Source of the DNA: Balanoglossus misakiensis
Lineage: Eukaryota; Animalia; Hemichordata
Length of the DNA stretch: 64,000 nucleotides
NCBI GenBank assembly: GCA_040954595.2
Contig: CM082578.2
Coordinates: forward strand, 14,042,304 to 14,106,303
Direction of reading: 5' to 3'
Shown here: in pieces, positions 38,901-51,110 of the stretch
Numbering within the stretch: the first letter of the stretch is position 1
Layout: every line of letters starts with the position of its first letter
Position numbers and translations under genes: made by a program
Notes under the pieces: generated by a model
Seen by the model: the letters and a program-made list of their open reading frames with translations, nothing else
Databases searched by the model: none
What the model was told of the DNA's origin: nothing

Positions 38901-41900
38901 TTACAACTCCCCTCTCTGTATTTTCATGACTTGCTGTCTACTTTCCTCGGCAGCTTCCAAATTTCCACTTTTCTCTTGTTGTTCGGAAAGTCTGACCCAG
39001 AACGGCAGCATCCGTGGCTGCGATCTCGTTCCAACTTGATAAACCTTGACAGCCTCCTCCGAACGACCCTGCATAAAAACATAGAAACCTTCAATCCATG
39101 CATCCTTAATATGTTTGGTCAAGATGAACAAAAGATGAGCAAAACACGACCAAATCTAGAATGTTTTGTGTGTGAAAATGCATTGTACATTATACCAACT
39201 CAAACACTCGCATAAAGGGTCATGCAGTCAACCTGAATTACCAGATTGGCCAGGAAATCTCCATACTGTGCATAAACCTGCCAGGAATTGGGGTTTATTT
39301 CTTCTGCTCTTTGGAAATATTCCTCAGCAATTTCATTCTGTCCCAAGTGCTGGTAGTATGTGGCAGTGTTCAAGATGGCTACCAGGAAATATGGGTCAAT
39401 ATCAAGAGCTTGCAGAGTGATCTGAAGTTGAAAAAAATAATGAAAAAATTCAATTTTGTTTTGCATGCAATACAAACTGAATTTCACTTCTGTTCAGACA
39501 TACCTGTATATTTTATAAGCTAATTCTGAGTGATCGTGATAGAAATAAGAAAAGAAAGACTGGTATCACGGATTCTTTATTTGTGGAAGACTGAAGGGAC
39601 AATTGATAAAGAAGAAGTGAAGAACACATTAAGATCCCTGCACTGAGTATAGAACTTGTTTAAACACTGCCCTCTACTGTCCAATTCATGTATTCATACA
39701 CAAGGCCGAGTGCCTTTCTGTTACCATAGGAACAGATGTACACACGATTGATTAACTCCACATCAATAGAAAAGATTTCTTAATTCCTGATGTGTTGCAC
39801 TGTGTTGTTTTATCACCAACATTTTTAATTATTTCATTCTGTATCCAGAAGGAAAAAAAATCCAATTAGTGTCCAGGACCTTTTAAATAAATTAGGCAGT
39901 TGGGGGTGGCGGGTAGGTGGAAATCGCTCTACCTATACAGTCCCAACCATTAAAACATATATTAAAACACTTGTAGAACCCAACAGTATAGGATCTAGGA
40001 CAGAGGCAATTTTGACTGATCTTAATAATGGTTGCTCCGTCATAATTCAAAGCGAATTTACCTTGCAGACTTCTGATCAAAAGAGTGATGGATGTACAAA
40101 TATACATATGTGTGCCTACACATACCATGAATCAAGAGATAATTTTGAAGGCAAAATATTCAGTCTTTCACCACTTTAACCATTGAAATGCATGCAAAAC
40201 TATCGACAAGCTGACAGGAAAAACAATGCAACAATATTAGCCACTGTCCAGCTTTTAACTTCTTTAATAATTGAATAATCAAACACTGAGAGAGCAAAGG
40301 TGAGTTGTGTATGGGTTGTCATAGAAACTCCTGATCATTGAGTTCTGTCAGCTCTAATGCAATGCCAAGACACTGCTGATCGAACGCACATTACATCTGA
40401 TATTCTGAGACGACAAAATCAATATGAACAATTGTAAAGAAAGCCACCTGCAGAAGGGACTGAATGGAAAGCCCGCGTAAATTACTCGAAATGGGTTTTG
40501 AGTCGTTTGAAATTGGAAAGCCACACAGAATAAAAGATTGTAAACAATTTAATGCCAATGTCTGGAACTGCATGGTTGCAAGGTTTAATTCTAAGATACC
40601 TTTGAGCGAAATTTTCAATGCTTGCAACACTATCATCTTTCCTGCAATATGCCTCACAGGTTTGACCTGTTCAGCAACATTCTAAAAAATTGCAGTGAGA
40701 TAATACCACAGCTCAAAGGACCATGCTTTATAATAGTGTGTGTCTCTACATGGCTTCCCATTACATGGGACACAATTTCTGACTTATTTTGCTTTCTACA
40801 TTTCATGAATAAACCATGATTAGAAATTTTCTTTCCTTCCGTCAACCTGCAGCAAAGCATCCAGAGTGCTTCCACTACACTGAGCATGCACGCCTAGCCT
40901 GAAGTATACACACAGTACAGTTGCCATAACAACCAAAATCGGCTCATTCTCTTGGGTTCAGCGTACCTTGATAGCACTCTCTGCATTGTCAGGATCAGCG
41001 CTGAAGATAGCAAAGCCAAGCCGGTTCAGCACTTCAGCATTGTCTGAGGATTAGAAAAGGAAAACACATGTTACTGACATTACACAGAGCAATGCCTTCA
41101 AACAAGATGCAGGTTCCACAGCTAGGGATTACAATGAGGCACACATATGACATGTGTTCCTTATGTACTTTTCATCCATTGCTTGTGTTTTTATACACTG
41201 CCAATCTAGGTCTAGTCTGCCATCAATTCTCACAACTAGCTGTCATTTTGCCGAATGTGATGGTTCAATTTGATAACACGCGATGAACTCTCTATATTCA
41301 GTCACAATCAATCCAGATGCTGACAGGCTGATCGAGGGACTGTCAGGGGCAGCTATCATTCAGAATTTGACATCTGAATGAATTTTGGTCATCAAATTCA
41401 CTGAATAGAGTTTCCAGGAAACGTGGAGCAGAAATTATTTATTCATTCATTCCTTGGATTTTGTTGTAGATAAGATCAAACAGTTGAACATCAACAAGAA
41501 AAAGACAATTAATCGGAGTGTATGATTAGATCCACTGTCATTCACAAGGGAGCTAAGAAAAACAGTAGTAGGGGTAAAATATTTTTTAATGGAAATAAAT
41601 CATTGGCATTTTATATCTCTTTTACCCTTGCTCTTCACATTTGGAGAATATGTCTCCCCTGGTGTATTGACTTAAATTTTTCCCTTTATTACTTAAAAAG
41701 CGAAATTGAAGATTTTCTAAAATTTCCCAATTTCTATTGTTTTATTTAAGCTTTTGTATACATGTATGTTGTCACATGACAGATGGGCATATATAAATAA
41801 AGGGTGATTGTACAGTGTATACCTTCAAACCATTCAAGTCTTGCAATCCCTATCACTTTCACCTCTAAGCCAGCCTCAAACCAGGCCACTATATCATTTC

Positions 41901-44900
41901 ACAACAGCACTCAAGCTTTATTTGATAAAAGCTATATTATCGCTGCTGGCATTACCGTAGGGTACAGACCAATTTATACCATATACTCCAAACTACTTAT
42001 AAATCATTCACAAGCCTCTTATCCTTTTTGACATCGGCACTTTCCTGATGCTTATGTGCAAGTTAATATACGGCCATGCATTGTGCTGTTCAAAGTTCAC
42101 AATTTGGCGGCTTATCAACAACGCATCCAAGTGACATTTTCTTATCTATATCTTGTAACAATCGTGATGTACAGAAAAGGGACTTTCATGTGGGCAGTTT
42201 ATCCAGCACATTTAATTCATCATATGTGCATGCACACCACCCACCCACCCACCTATATTCTACAACACCTACATGTACATCTACATCCACAAAGACCCGT
42301 TCAATCTCCGGCAAAATAAACTGACCTTCAATTTTCAGAATGCTATTAAAACAGACAATTATGGCACAATGCACTTAATATTTTATGATAGGTGTAATTA
42401 GGTCAGATAGACTTCTATTGTCCACAGTAAGTTCTCCAGCTGAGAATAAGTGACAGTAATTTCATTGAAATTGGTATGATGATCGATGCTAGCTGATAAC
42501 GCATAACTGCATTGCACTAGTGCTTTCTCTTGATGGCATATGGCATTTGTACAATCTGCTGCTGATAATTTTCTACATGATAGAAACAGAGCTCCTGTAG
42601 AAGTTTCTTTGATCGCGCGCCCAGTTGATATTTAACAGTATGATAATGTCACTCACTATTTTGAATGAAAGCACTTGGATTATACACTGGGGTGAGAGAG
42701 GGTGGGCGCACTTACAAAATGCTTGCATGATATCGCACAAATAAAAAAGAAAGGAAAATAGGCCATCTGAATATCAGGTTTGTAATCCACCCACACTCTT
42801 TAATATGAACATTTAGAAACACAACCGGGTTTACAGCTCGGCCTATTAAAATGAGCAATCCACTTTCAAGGCAGAATCTCATTGTGCCGCAAATGACAAG
42901 CTGCGGTGATGGGCACCACACTGGGACGAAGATTACAAGCTTGCATCCAATCTGGCTGCAGAGGGAATTTGTTGCCAGAGAAAATGAGATATAGTGTTGC
43001 AAATTAAAAATATGTCATTAGTTTTTGTCAGCGCCAAAAGCAAGGGTCAGTTGGAGGTTAGAGTAATGTATACTGATCGAGTACACTGCCTGGATGTACA
43101 GGGCAGCTATAGCATTACTCTCTGTGCTAGTTCACAGCTGAAGTTCTCTGATAGTGCAGTGAAATACAGTTGTTTATCGTTGAAAATGAGTCGTGAAACG
43201 TCCTGGGTAAGTTTGCTTCACTAGCAGGAGTTTGAAGAGATGCATGTATATTTTCATGCATCTTAAAACAAGTTCACGATGCAGCATTTTTACCGGAATC
43301 CTCAATGATTATAAATTTTACAAGAATAGTATAAACAAAAAATATTCCAGATAAGATATCAATACAACATTGATGAAGTTAGAACGCCCACCGGCCCAAA
43401 GCGTTTCAGATTTCACAATAAATTACTGAACAACGTGCAGTGACTCACTTGGCATTAAAGTCTGAAGCCTTTGAAAGAAGGACACATTTTTCTTGAGCAG
43501 ACGCAGTTTAATCTCCGTCGGCAACCTCTGATCAATGTTCTCAGATTCTTTTGCTGAAATTGATGAAAATGCACAAATTCTGATTTTTCTACAAAATGTT
43601 CACTGCATGCAATTCCTCACCTTGGAAATGTCATGGATAATATTAATATACTGCAGGAAAGGTGTCCTAGCAGTATCGGACTATTATTTGACAAGCAATC
43701 TAGCAGACCACAGTGTTGTGCTGTGATATTTGATGTGGACGTAACATATAAAGGAAATATTTGTATACAAGTTTATTGAGGCTTAGCAATTTTTAAGGTG
43801 TTCATAGAGGTTCATTAAAACTGGCATTAAATTACACAAGGTTGGGTTCAGGCAGATTTTTACAGCAATGAAATTCAAGCCCTGAAGAAGAACTCTACCA
43901 ATAGTGTACAAAATTGTGAGAAACCTCTATTCAGTTGTTCCACGTAGTCTGACCCTTCCATTCATATTCCTGGAAAGTTATTTTATGATTTAAGTAGCCG
44001 TACCTTCATAGAAAAGCTTTTCAAGCTCAGTTGTTGCTTCCTTCTTCTGAATGCCTACAGCAATGGTATCACCGATGTTCAGAGTACCGTGATAAAAGGA
44101 TTCCGGCTGGAAGAGTAAAAAAATAAATCTACCATCTTAAATGAACTCAAATGTACTGGAACTCAGAGGCAATGGAGTATAAAATTCACTTAATTGCTCC
44201 TGTCCTCGAACTATACACTGCATTAGTCCAATTAACATTGTATCTATTTGTGTAGTTTTTTTGAAATTGTCAATATGGAGAAACGCTTTGGTTGACAGCT
44301 TTCAGTTTTCAGTTGTCATACAGCAGATCTTTAGTGTTAAGCAATATATCAGCATTCCTGTTTTGTACTAGCACATTTAACTGTAGGTCTGTGATACTAA
44401 CACCAGCAATATGTGATGAATCAACTGACTTTCTTGAGTACATTACCTGTGCCCAATTAAAGATGCATCAAAAGGCATTTTATCAAAAGATATGTGCAAG
44501 TAATTTGTCTTTCATGTGCATACAGACAGACTCAATCCACTTTCATTGCGCAAGGCTTGTTGGATCGAATCCAATCAGATCCTTGTGTCGTCATGGCAAT
44601 TGGTCAAACACTTCTCTGAGGAAACACATGACTTGATACTCACAATGTACAAGATCTCTCCCGGTCCCTGGATGCATTCCAGAGGTTTCTTCTCCTCCTC
44701 CAGATGCGGGTAAACTTTGGTGAACCAATCAAGGGAACTGAAACCTGGCCACACACCTGCAACAACAACGGAGAACAAACTGATCAACCAAAGCAACGCG
44801 ATCATAGCTGTGTCGAGACTACATTTCACACATCCACACTGCACCACAGCGGGCAACGTAAATGTATTGTTTACAGTGTCCCGTATCCTAGGAAACCGCA

Positions 44901-47900
44901 CATGCACGACACAATTTTTCACAATTAACTCTCTTTCCACAAAAAAAATTGTAATTCCTTTTACTGAAACTTTCATAGAGTAGATGATGACACAGATGAG
45001 TTCATTCAGAGTCGGTTCAGTCATGAGTTAAAATGCAAACATGTTCAAAGAGCAATAGACCATGGCTGCTTTAATAATGACATACACTCAGACAAGTAAC
45101 CATGAAAAGAGTATTCCTCCCTCATGCAAGCATGAACTACTTTATGCTAAGTATGAACACTAAATCCCTGGATGGAAAGCTACCTAGCAACCTGATTTGT
45201 GAATCAGGCAACCTGAAGAATTTATCAAACACATCAACATATGACAAAGCTTCCGACGAAATACTAGTGAAGCAAGCAGACGCTTAATGAAAGACAAATC
45301 TGTCCATGGGGCAAGCATCAAATCTTCCACATCAAAAACTGCCGGCAAAACTGCATTTGAGTTCATCAATTTCACAAATGCAGATTAGTCTTGCAAAAAC
45401 TAGAGGCATTAAAAAGATTCCCGACTGCAAATAGCTTGAGGACACTGCAGCTATGTACGTGACTGGACATATAATTTGAGCTTGCACAAAAAAAATCACA
45501 AGTGTTCAATATTTAAAGCTTGCGTACATGTATGAACAGACCTGAATTACAAGAATTGGCAATAAAAATGAAAATCTGGAAATGAAAGCCAAATTTCTTC
45601 AGCGTGCCTCAAGATAAATTAATAATTGTACAATATGCATACACACACAGACACACATCTGAGGCTGTTGTTATCATTGAAGCCTCTAGCTAGCATCCCT
45701 GAATAATGCTCAAACTCCCACTTCATCGGCCTGAGTGAATGCAAATACATTATAATAACACAATCTTGCTTTCAGATCTAGTGTAGGTGTTGGTGATTTT
45801 GATTAACTGGACTAGAACAGGTGAGGTTTGAAATGCCATGAAAATAATTATGAAGAATTTTGATTTTCTTTGTGACTTGTGTTATCAAAACACCAGTAGT
45901 GCTATAATCATATGCTAAGCTATTGCAATGGTATTTCTGGGTAACCATGATAGCAACAATGCTCGGAGGTACATAGATTTCATATACTGCATCCCCAGAT
46001 CCACCTGAGGGGGTGCCATCTTGAAAGCCTCATTTCACAATGTAGGTCTGGGTAACCGACGAAATAACCAGACAGACAGATTACTTCAATGTCCATGTCT
46101 GTTTTTTGGTTGTTTGTTTGCTTGCTTGCTTGCTTGCTTGCTTGCGTACAAGTTGATTGTCATTTGGGGCTGAGGCACCTGTAGTGATGACCGTGTGAGA
46201 AACTTATACCATCACGGTAATGGTACAGATGATTGATGATGGTTGTTAATGATTATTTTTGGTGCTTGAGTGAGGATTTCACTTGGTGATAAGGTGATAA
46301 ATAACAGAATACTGTGAATTTGTGGTGTACTTTATGTATAATCTCCCAATACTCTGAACGTGTGTGACATCATTGAAGAGTGATTCCCCTACATAGTGCC
46401 GTAATCCTTCCAACTGCACAAGGGGGAATCACTGCACCATGATGGTAATAAGTCATCGTCAATGTCACAGTCCCCACTGGACATTCGGTACTCACCTCCA
46501 GGAGGGGTGGTCTCGGGTGGATATAGAAACCATCTCTTTCTTCCAAACACAACCCCATTCCAGGCATCCGCATGTTTATGGAAGCTCACACCAGACATTG
46601 ATGCTCCAAGGAAGAATATACTATCATCCAACTCGTCCTGTGACAGGGAATGTAAAGCGGACAAAAAGTCAGAATTGAAATGGCATATGTTACTTTTGGA
46701 GGGGGGGGGTATAAAATAATCTTTAACTTCTCAAATTTTTATTTATCTGAGATCAAATCACAGGATAATGAATTGTGTTATGGGTAGAATATGTGAATAT
46801 TTATATTGTTATACCAGGGGTAAGTAAGCAGAAATTATTTACAGCCTGCCCCAGACATATTGACTACCCCCTCCTATTGTGAAATTTAAGTAATTTTGCA
46901 CTTCTAACAACTTTCACGGTTGTGGATAATGAGTTTAAAACATTTCAAATAGGTAAAAACAGAAGCAAGAAACGCAATTTACAACAAACAATTTCATGAT
47001 CTGGAAAATTATGGAACAGACGTCAATGACTACATTTCAAATATCTCTTGAATGTGTGTGGTAAAGGAATCGTGAATGTTGACAGGATGTTTGTTTACCT
47101 ACAGCATTGTATTATTACCAGATTATTCATTTCTTTGGTTTCACAAATACATCCTGGATACTGATGGCCGGTAATTCCGGCTTTAAAGCATTATTCAAAT
47201 CCTCCTGACAAATCCTCACTGCCAAACGTTATGGACACACGAGTATTCACTTCATCATCTCATTTCATATTTAATGGTAGGGATTTAAAGATATTATCAT
47301 TTTTGGGAAGGCTGCTGGGTAATAACTGTTTATGGCCTGAAGGATCTCCATAGCTGACTCTAAACATGATTCACAGTGATTTCAGAAATACATGTAAGAC
47401 AGACCAAGATTGTTCTCACAAATTCCATTCACATGTACTTTGAATTAGAAATATGGCTTTTAAGAATCTTTACAGCACATGTTGCAGAAAATGTGAATGT
47501 GAAATCTTTGATTATGCCTACTAGAAGAAAATAATTGTATTGTTCCAATATTTGACCTAACCTAGTTTTTGCCTACTGACACTGAACAAGTAAACACTGA
47601 CTGTTCTTTACCTGCGATTATATTGAGAGTGGGCGGTGATACAGTGACATTAATGTTTTATTCAGTGTAAAAGAACAGATGAAAAAATAATCCTGATCTC
47701 CATGTGACCTGAATTCTTGAAATCATGTTTTGGTACTTTGAATTATCATCATTAAAACATTCTCTTCTGTTTTGGCTTTGTACAAAATAATTTTAAATTT
47801 GTTTTTGAAATGGATTGTTTGGTGATCTGATATTATTTCCGACGGTCTTAAAATCTCTCTTTTTCTCTAAAAAGCTCAGCCAAAGTTATTTCATGTGGCA

Positions 47901-49075
47901 CCTTTAAAACTCTATTTCTCTTCAGGATGTATTGATTCTTTCTTTTATCATTTGAAGCCAATATTTCACACAAAATCACCATTCACGTAAATATCGGAAT
48001 GCCATTTAACATGACAGCTCAAATGAGAACAAAATCAATACTTGCTTAGAAAATATAACAATGATTTACAATACTGTAATTATGCATTTATTGAAGTTGG
48101 ACTCAATGGCAAATCTAATTTTATATTATTGAAGTCTTCACTATGTCATTTTCATTTCCCACATATTACTGAGACAGTTCTGTCAGAATGTAGAATGTGA
48201 ATGAAGTTACCTTGATTTCAAAGTATGGTGGCACATGGATAGTGGACGGAAGAGATGACTCCTTGTAGAAAAGACGATCAAATACGTACCTTTAAGAAAC
48301 AGATAAAACAAACAATCAAATGCATGCCCTAAGTAAGAATAAACACATGTGTATTTTGACTAGTCAACATACAACATTTTGTATATTGTTAACTTACATT
48401 GGTTCATCACTTTCATTGTGATCATCCATGATCAAATCAATGTACTCGGCAAAAGAACTGATTTCATTCCCAGACCCGCCATTCCGCACAATCTCATCTG
48501 ATCTCCCGGAAGCAATTTCCCAGGCACTGTACTTGTCCATCAGATCCTGCCTGCTCCACTGTTCCGGATCAGTCCAGTCGGAGGCTCCGTGTGGGAAACT
48601 AACAATGACCGGCCGTCGGTGTCTGTACGTCCTTTCGAATTCCTCCGCCGAGAGTTCATGACTAGACCGCTTGTCAATGTTGCAAATAGGCGAATTCAGC
48701 AATTTCTCAGTGTGACTATTAGCTTGCCTCCAGCCCCCCAAATTCCTCAGTTCAGATTCGGCCGAAACTGGCTCTTCGACTTCTTCATCTCCAGTTATGT
48801 CAAAAGGTCGCCATTGGCTAGGATTCGGGAAAGTCAAAATGAGCAACGCAACCACTACTACCACGGTTGAAGCAAGTATGAAATAGCTGACATTAGCAAC
48901 AAACTTGAACATTTTCTCTTTTTCTTGGAGACCCTCAACGGTATTTTGTTCTTCGGAGGAGTTCTCTCGAGACGGTGGTTGTTGTCGCCTGTATGGTTGT
49001 GAAGGTCTTCTCGGCAGATGTGCTCCGTTGCTAGTATGAATATTTCCAGCTGATTGCCTTCTTAGAGTCTGAAGT
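38901..49075 (-). CDS. JMJD8-like JmjC-domain protein with N-terminal TM anchor and C-terminal TPR repeats (493 aa from Met 48912; N-terminus probably longer)
   Basis: In-phase exons 49075-48398, 48289-48211, 46637-46496, 44756-44644, 44106-44004, 43553-43449, 41043-40967, 39421-39242 and 39068-38901. JmjC: SGVSFHKHADAWNGVVFGRKRWFLYPP...ECIQGPGEILYIPESFYHGTLNIG, with a JMJD8-type HxH...H triad. TPR-like: AEVLNRLG, ALDIDPYF, AEEYFQRAEEINP, YGDFLANLGRSEEAVKVY. The first exon is uncertain (candidate ATG 50930). Confidence 0.88.
46108..46145. repeat. (TTTG)n/(TTGC)n microsatellite
   Basis: Directly visible tetranucleotide repeats in an intron of the JMJD8-like gene. Confidence 0.85.
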
Positions 49076-50989
49076 CTGAAAAAAAATGTTTAAAATGCTA
49101 ACTTTAATACACAAACAACTATATACACTTCATGCAATTTTTGTTTGAGATTGAAAAGTCTGTTTCATGAAGAGACACTGTATTATAAGTACAGTATGTA
49201 AACTAGGCAGGGTTCATTCATCCAGTATAAACATCGTACATCAATCAATCAACCATCATCCATGGCAAATTTTATCAGTTAATTTTACGTGAAAAGATAA
49301 TATGATATGGATTTTAACAATATCACTTTGTGAAAATAGATTCAATGTGCAAGCTGAAGGCTACAACTGCAGTTCTAGAGTTTGATGTTTTCTTACTTGC
49401 AAACAATATACTGTACATTTCTTCAGGGGAAACTTTCTGTCAATGGAGCCATTGAAGATGGCTACACATACATCGCTTGTTATCACTCGATATTATGTAG
49501 TACACTACCGGTAATTATTCAAACTTGCACAGTAAAATACACAGTGAATATGGAAATTTCATTGAAAAGTTTGTTCTATAGTTTCCATGCAACTCAATTC
49601 AGGAATGAAACTGGATCTTTCATGGATGCCATGGATATTCATTATTGCACAGATTACCGTCAGTGAATTTATAGGCGAGAAAAGAGAACTAGAATGAGAC
49701 GATAATCATGACTGACACATAAATTGAGATAAAATCATTTCTGGATACACTCTGTGAGTAAATCTTAACGATAGCTAAGTCGATGAAATGACAAAATTAC
49801 CATGAAAGCACAGGTGTCTGAACAACCATTTTTTCAAACTTTCATTTATATTATCTGGCATCTATTGACATGAAGGACACTTTCTATAGACTGCAGAAGC
49901 CATATTATTAAAACTTTGTGAGCTCTCGTGAGATTAATATCTATGGTAAAATGGACCTTCTATTGTTACTAGTAGTGACAGATTTCATCTCCTATTTCCT
50001 GATGATCTGTTCTACTCTATTTGATGTCATGACTTGGGCCTGTGCCTTAGATTCTCAAGATGTCATAATGATTTACAATAATTAATTTCATTGCTATATC
50101 GTCAGAATTTTCTTTTTGTGGGAGGATCACAAGGGGACTAAGTACATTTGAAGGAACCAATTCTTTATTTCCTAATAAAATAAAACTGTGACTTTCCGTG
50201 TGCTTTAATAGCTTACTTTACAATTTTTATTCAAGAAATTACTTGGAAACAGTTTTTGCAACAGTCAATATTTGTACTGACAAAAATTAATTGACAAAAG
50301 CATTCTTCGAGGCGTGTCCCTGCAGCTCTGGGCATGAAGCTGCAGTTGTAATACAACTTGTTGCTATGCAGCTTTGGACCACTTCTGTGACCCCTGTGTG
50401 ACCTTTACATCCTGGCATTTTGTTTTGTCTCTCTTCTGCAGCCAAACTCTGGAATAATCAACTTAATAATTAGTTTAGCCTCTCTAACTCATTCTAGAAT
50501 CAGAAATCTTATAATTTTGTCTGTTACAAAAGGGTGATGTAAGTTGTAACCACCAAGAGAACACCCGGAAATGGTCACTCAGGGTAGGGGGTCATGAAAG
50601 TGGCCGCGCGCGCAGTGTGTGAGGTCACCGAGCGGTTACCAAGGTGACGGCACATCAAAGCTGTGTACTTTGATTTATCCACACCCTGAGGTCGTCAAAC
50701 CGCGCCGTGCGATTTACCGCTTATGCATTCTGGTGCGCAAGAGCTTATACTTCCGTCCCACGAGTTACGATGCATAAGAAGGATTTGCCCGCGAAATTGA
50801 AACGTAAAACTAGCATAATTACCTTCACAGGCCATGGAGCTCCGCGACCAATATGGCACATAATGTCGCCATAAAAATACTGAGGGCAACAAGACCGTCG
50901 TTTTAACTGTCTGAAATCATGTTCGGACATTAATAGTATGATAGCGTCCCGGGATACCCAGAGTTTAACTTTCGCTCGGATGGCCAGAG

Positions 50990-51110
50990 CTGGGTTTCAT
51001 TTCCGGGTTCAAACTCGGAGGGCGCCGCAACCATGGCAACAGTCACAATGACGTAACACGTTTCGTGACATACGATTGGTCCGAAGTTATTCGAGGGCGG
51101 AGGCAAGCGT
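50990..51110 (-). promoter_or_regulatory. Probable promoter of the JMJD8-like gene
   Basis: CpG-rich cluster just upstream of candidate ATG 50930. It contains RFX-like CCATGGCAAC (51031-51040), CRE-like TGACGTAA (51049-51056), ATTGG (about 51075) and a GC box GGGCGG (about 51095). Confidence 0.5.

Noticed and set aside
50973-51024. tRNA-like stretch (A-box-like TGGCCAGAGCTGG, GGTTCAAA hairpin)
   Set aside because: Only about 52 nt, no anticodon arm, 6-nt T-loop and a weak acceptor stem; it sits in a Pol II promoter-like region.
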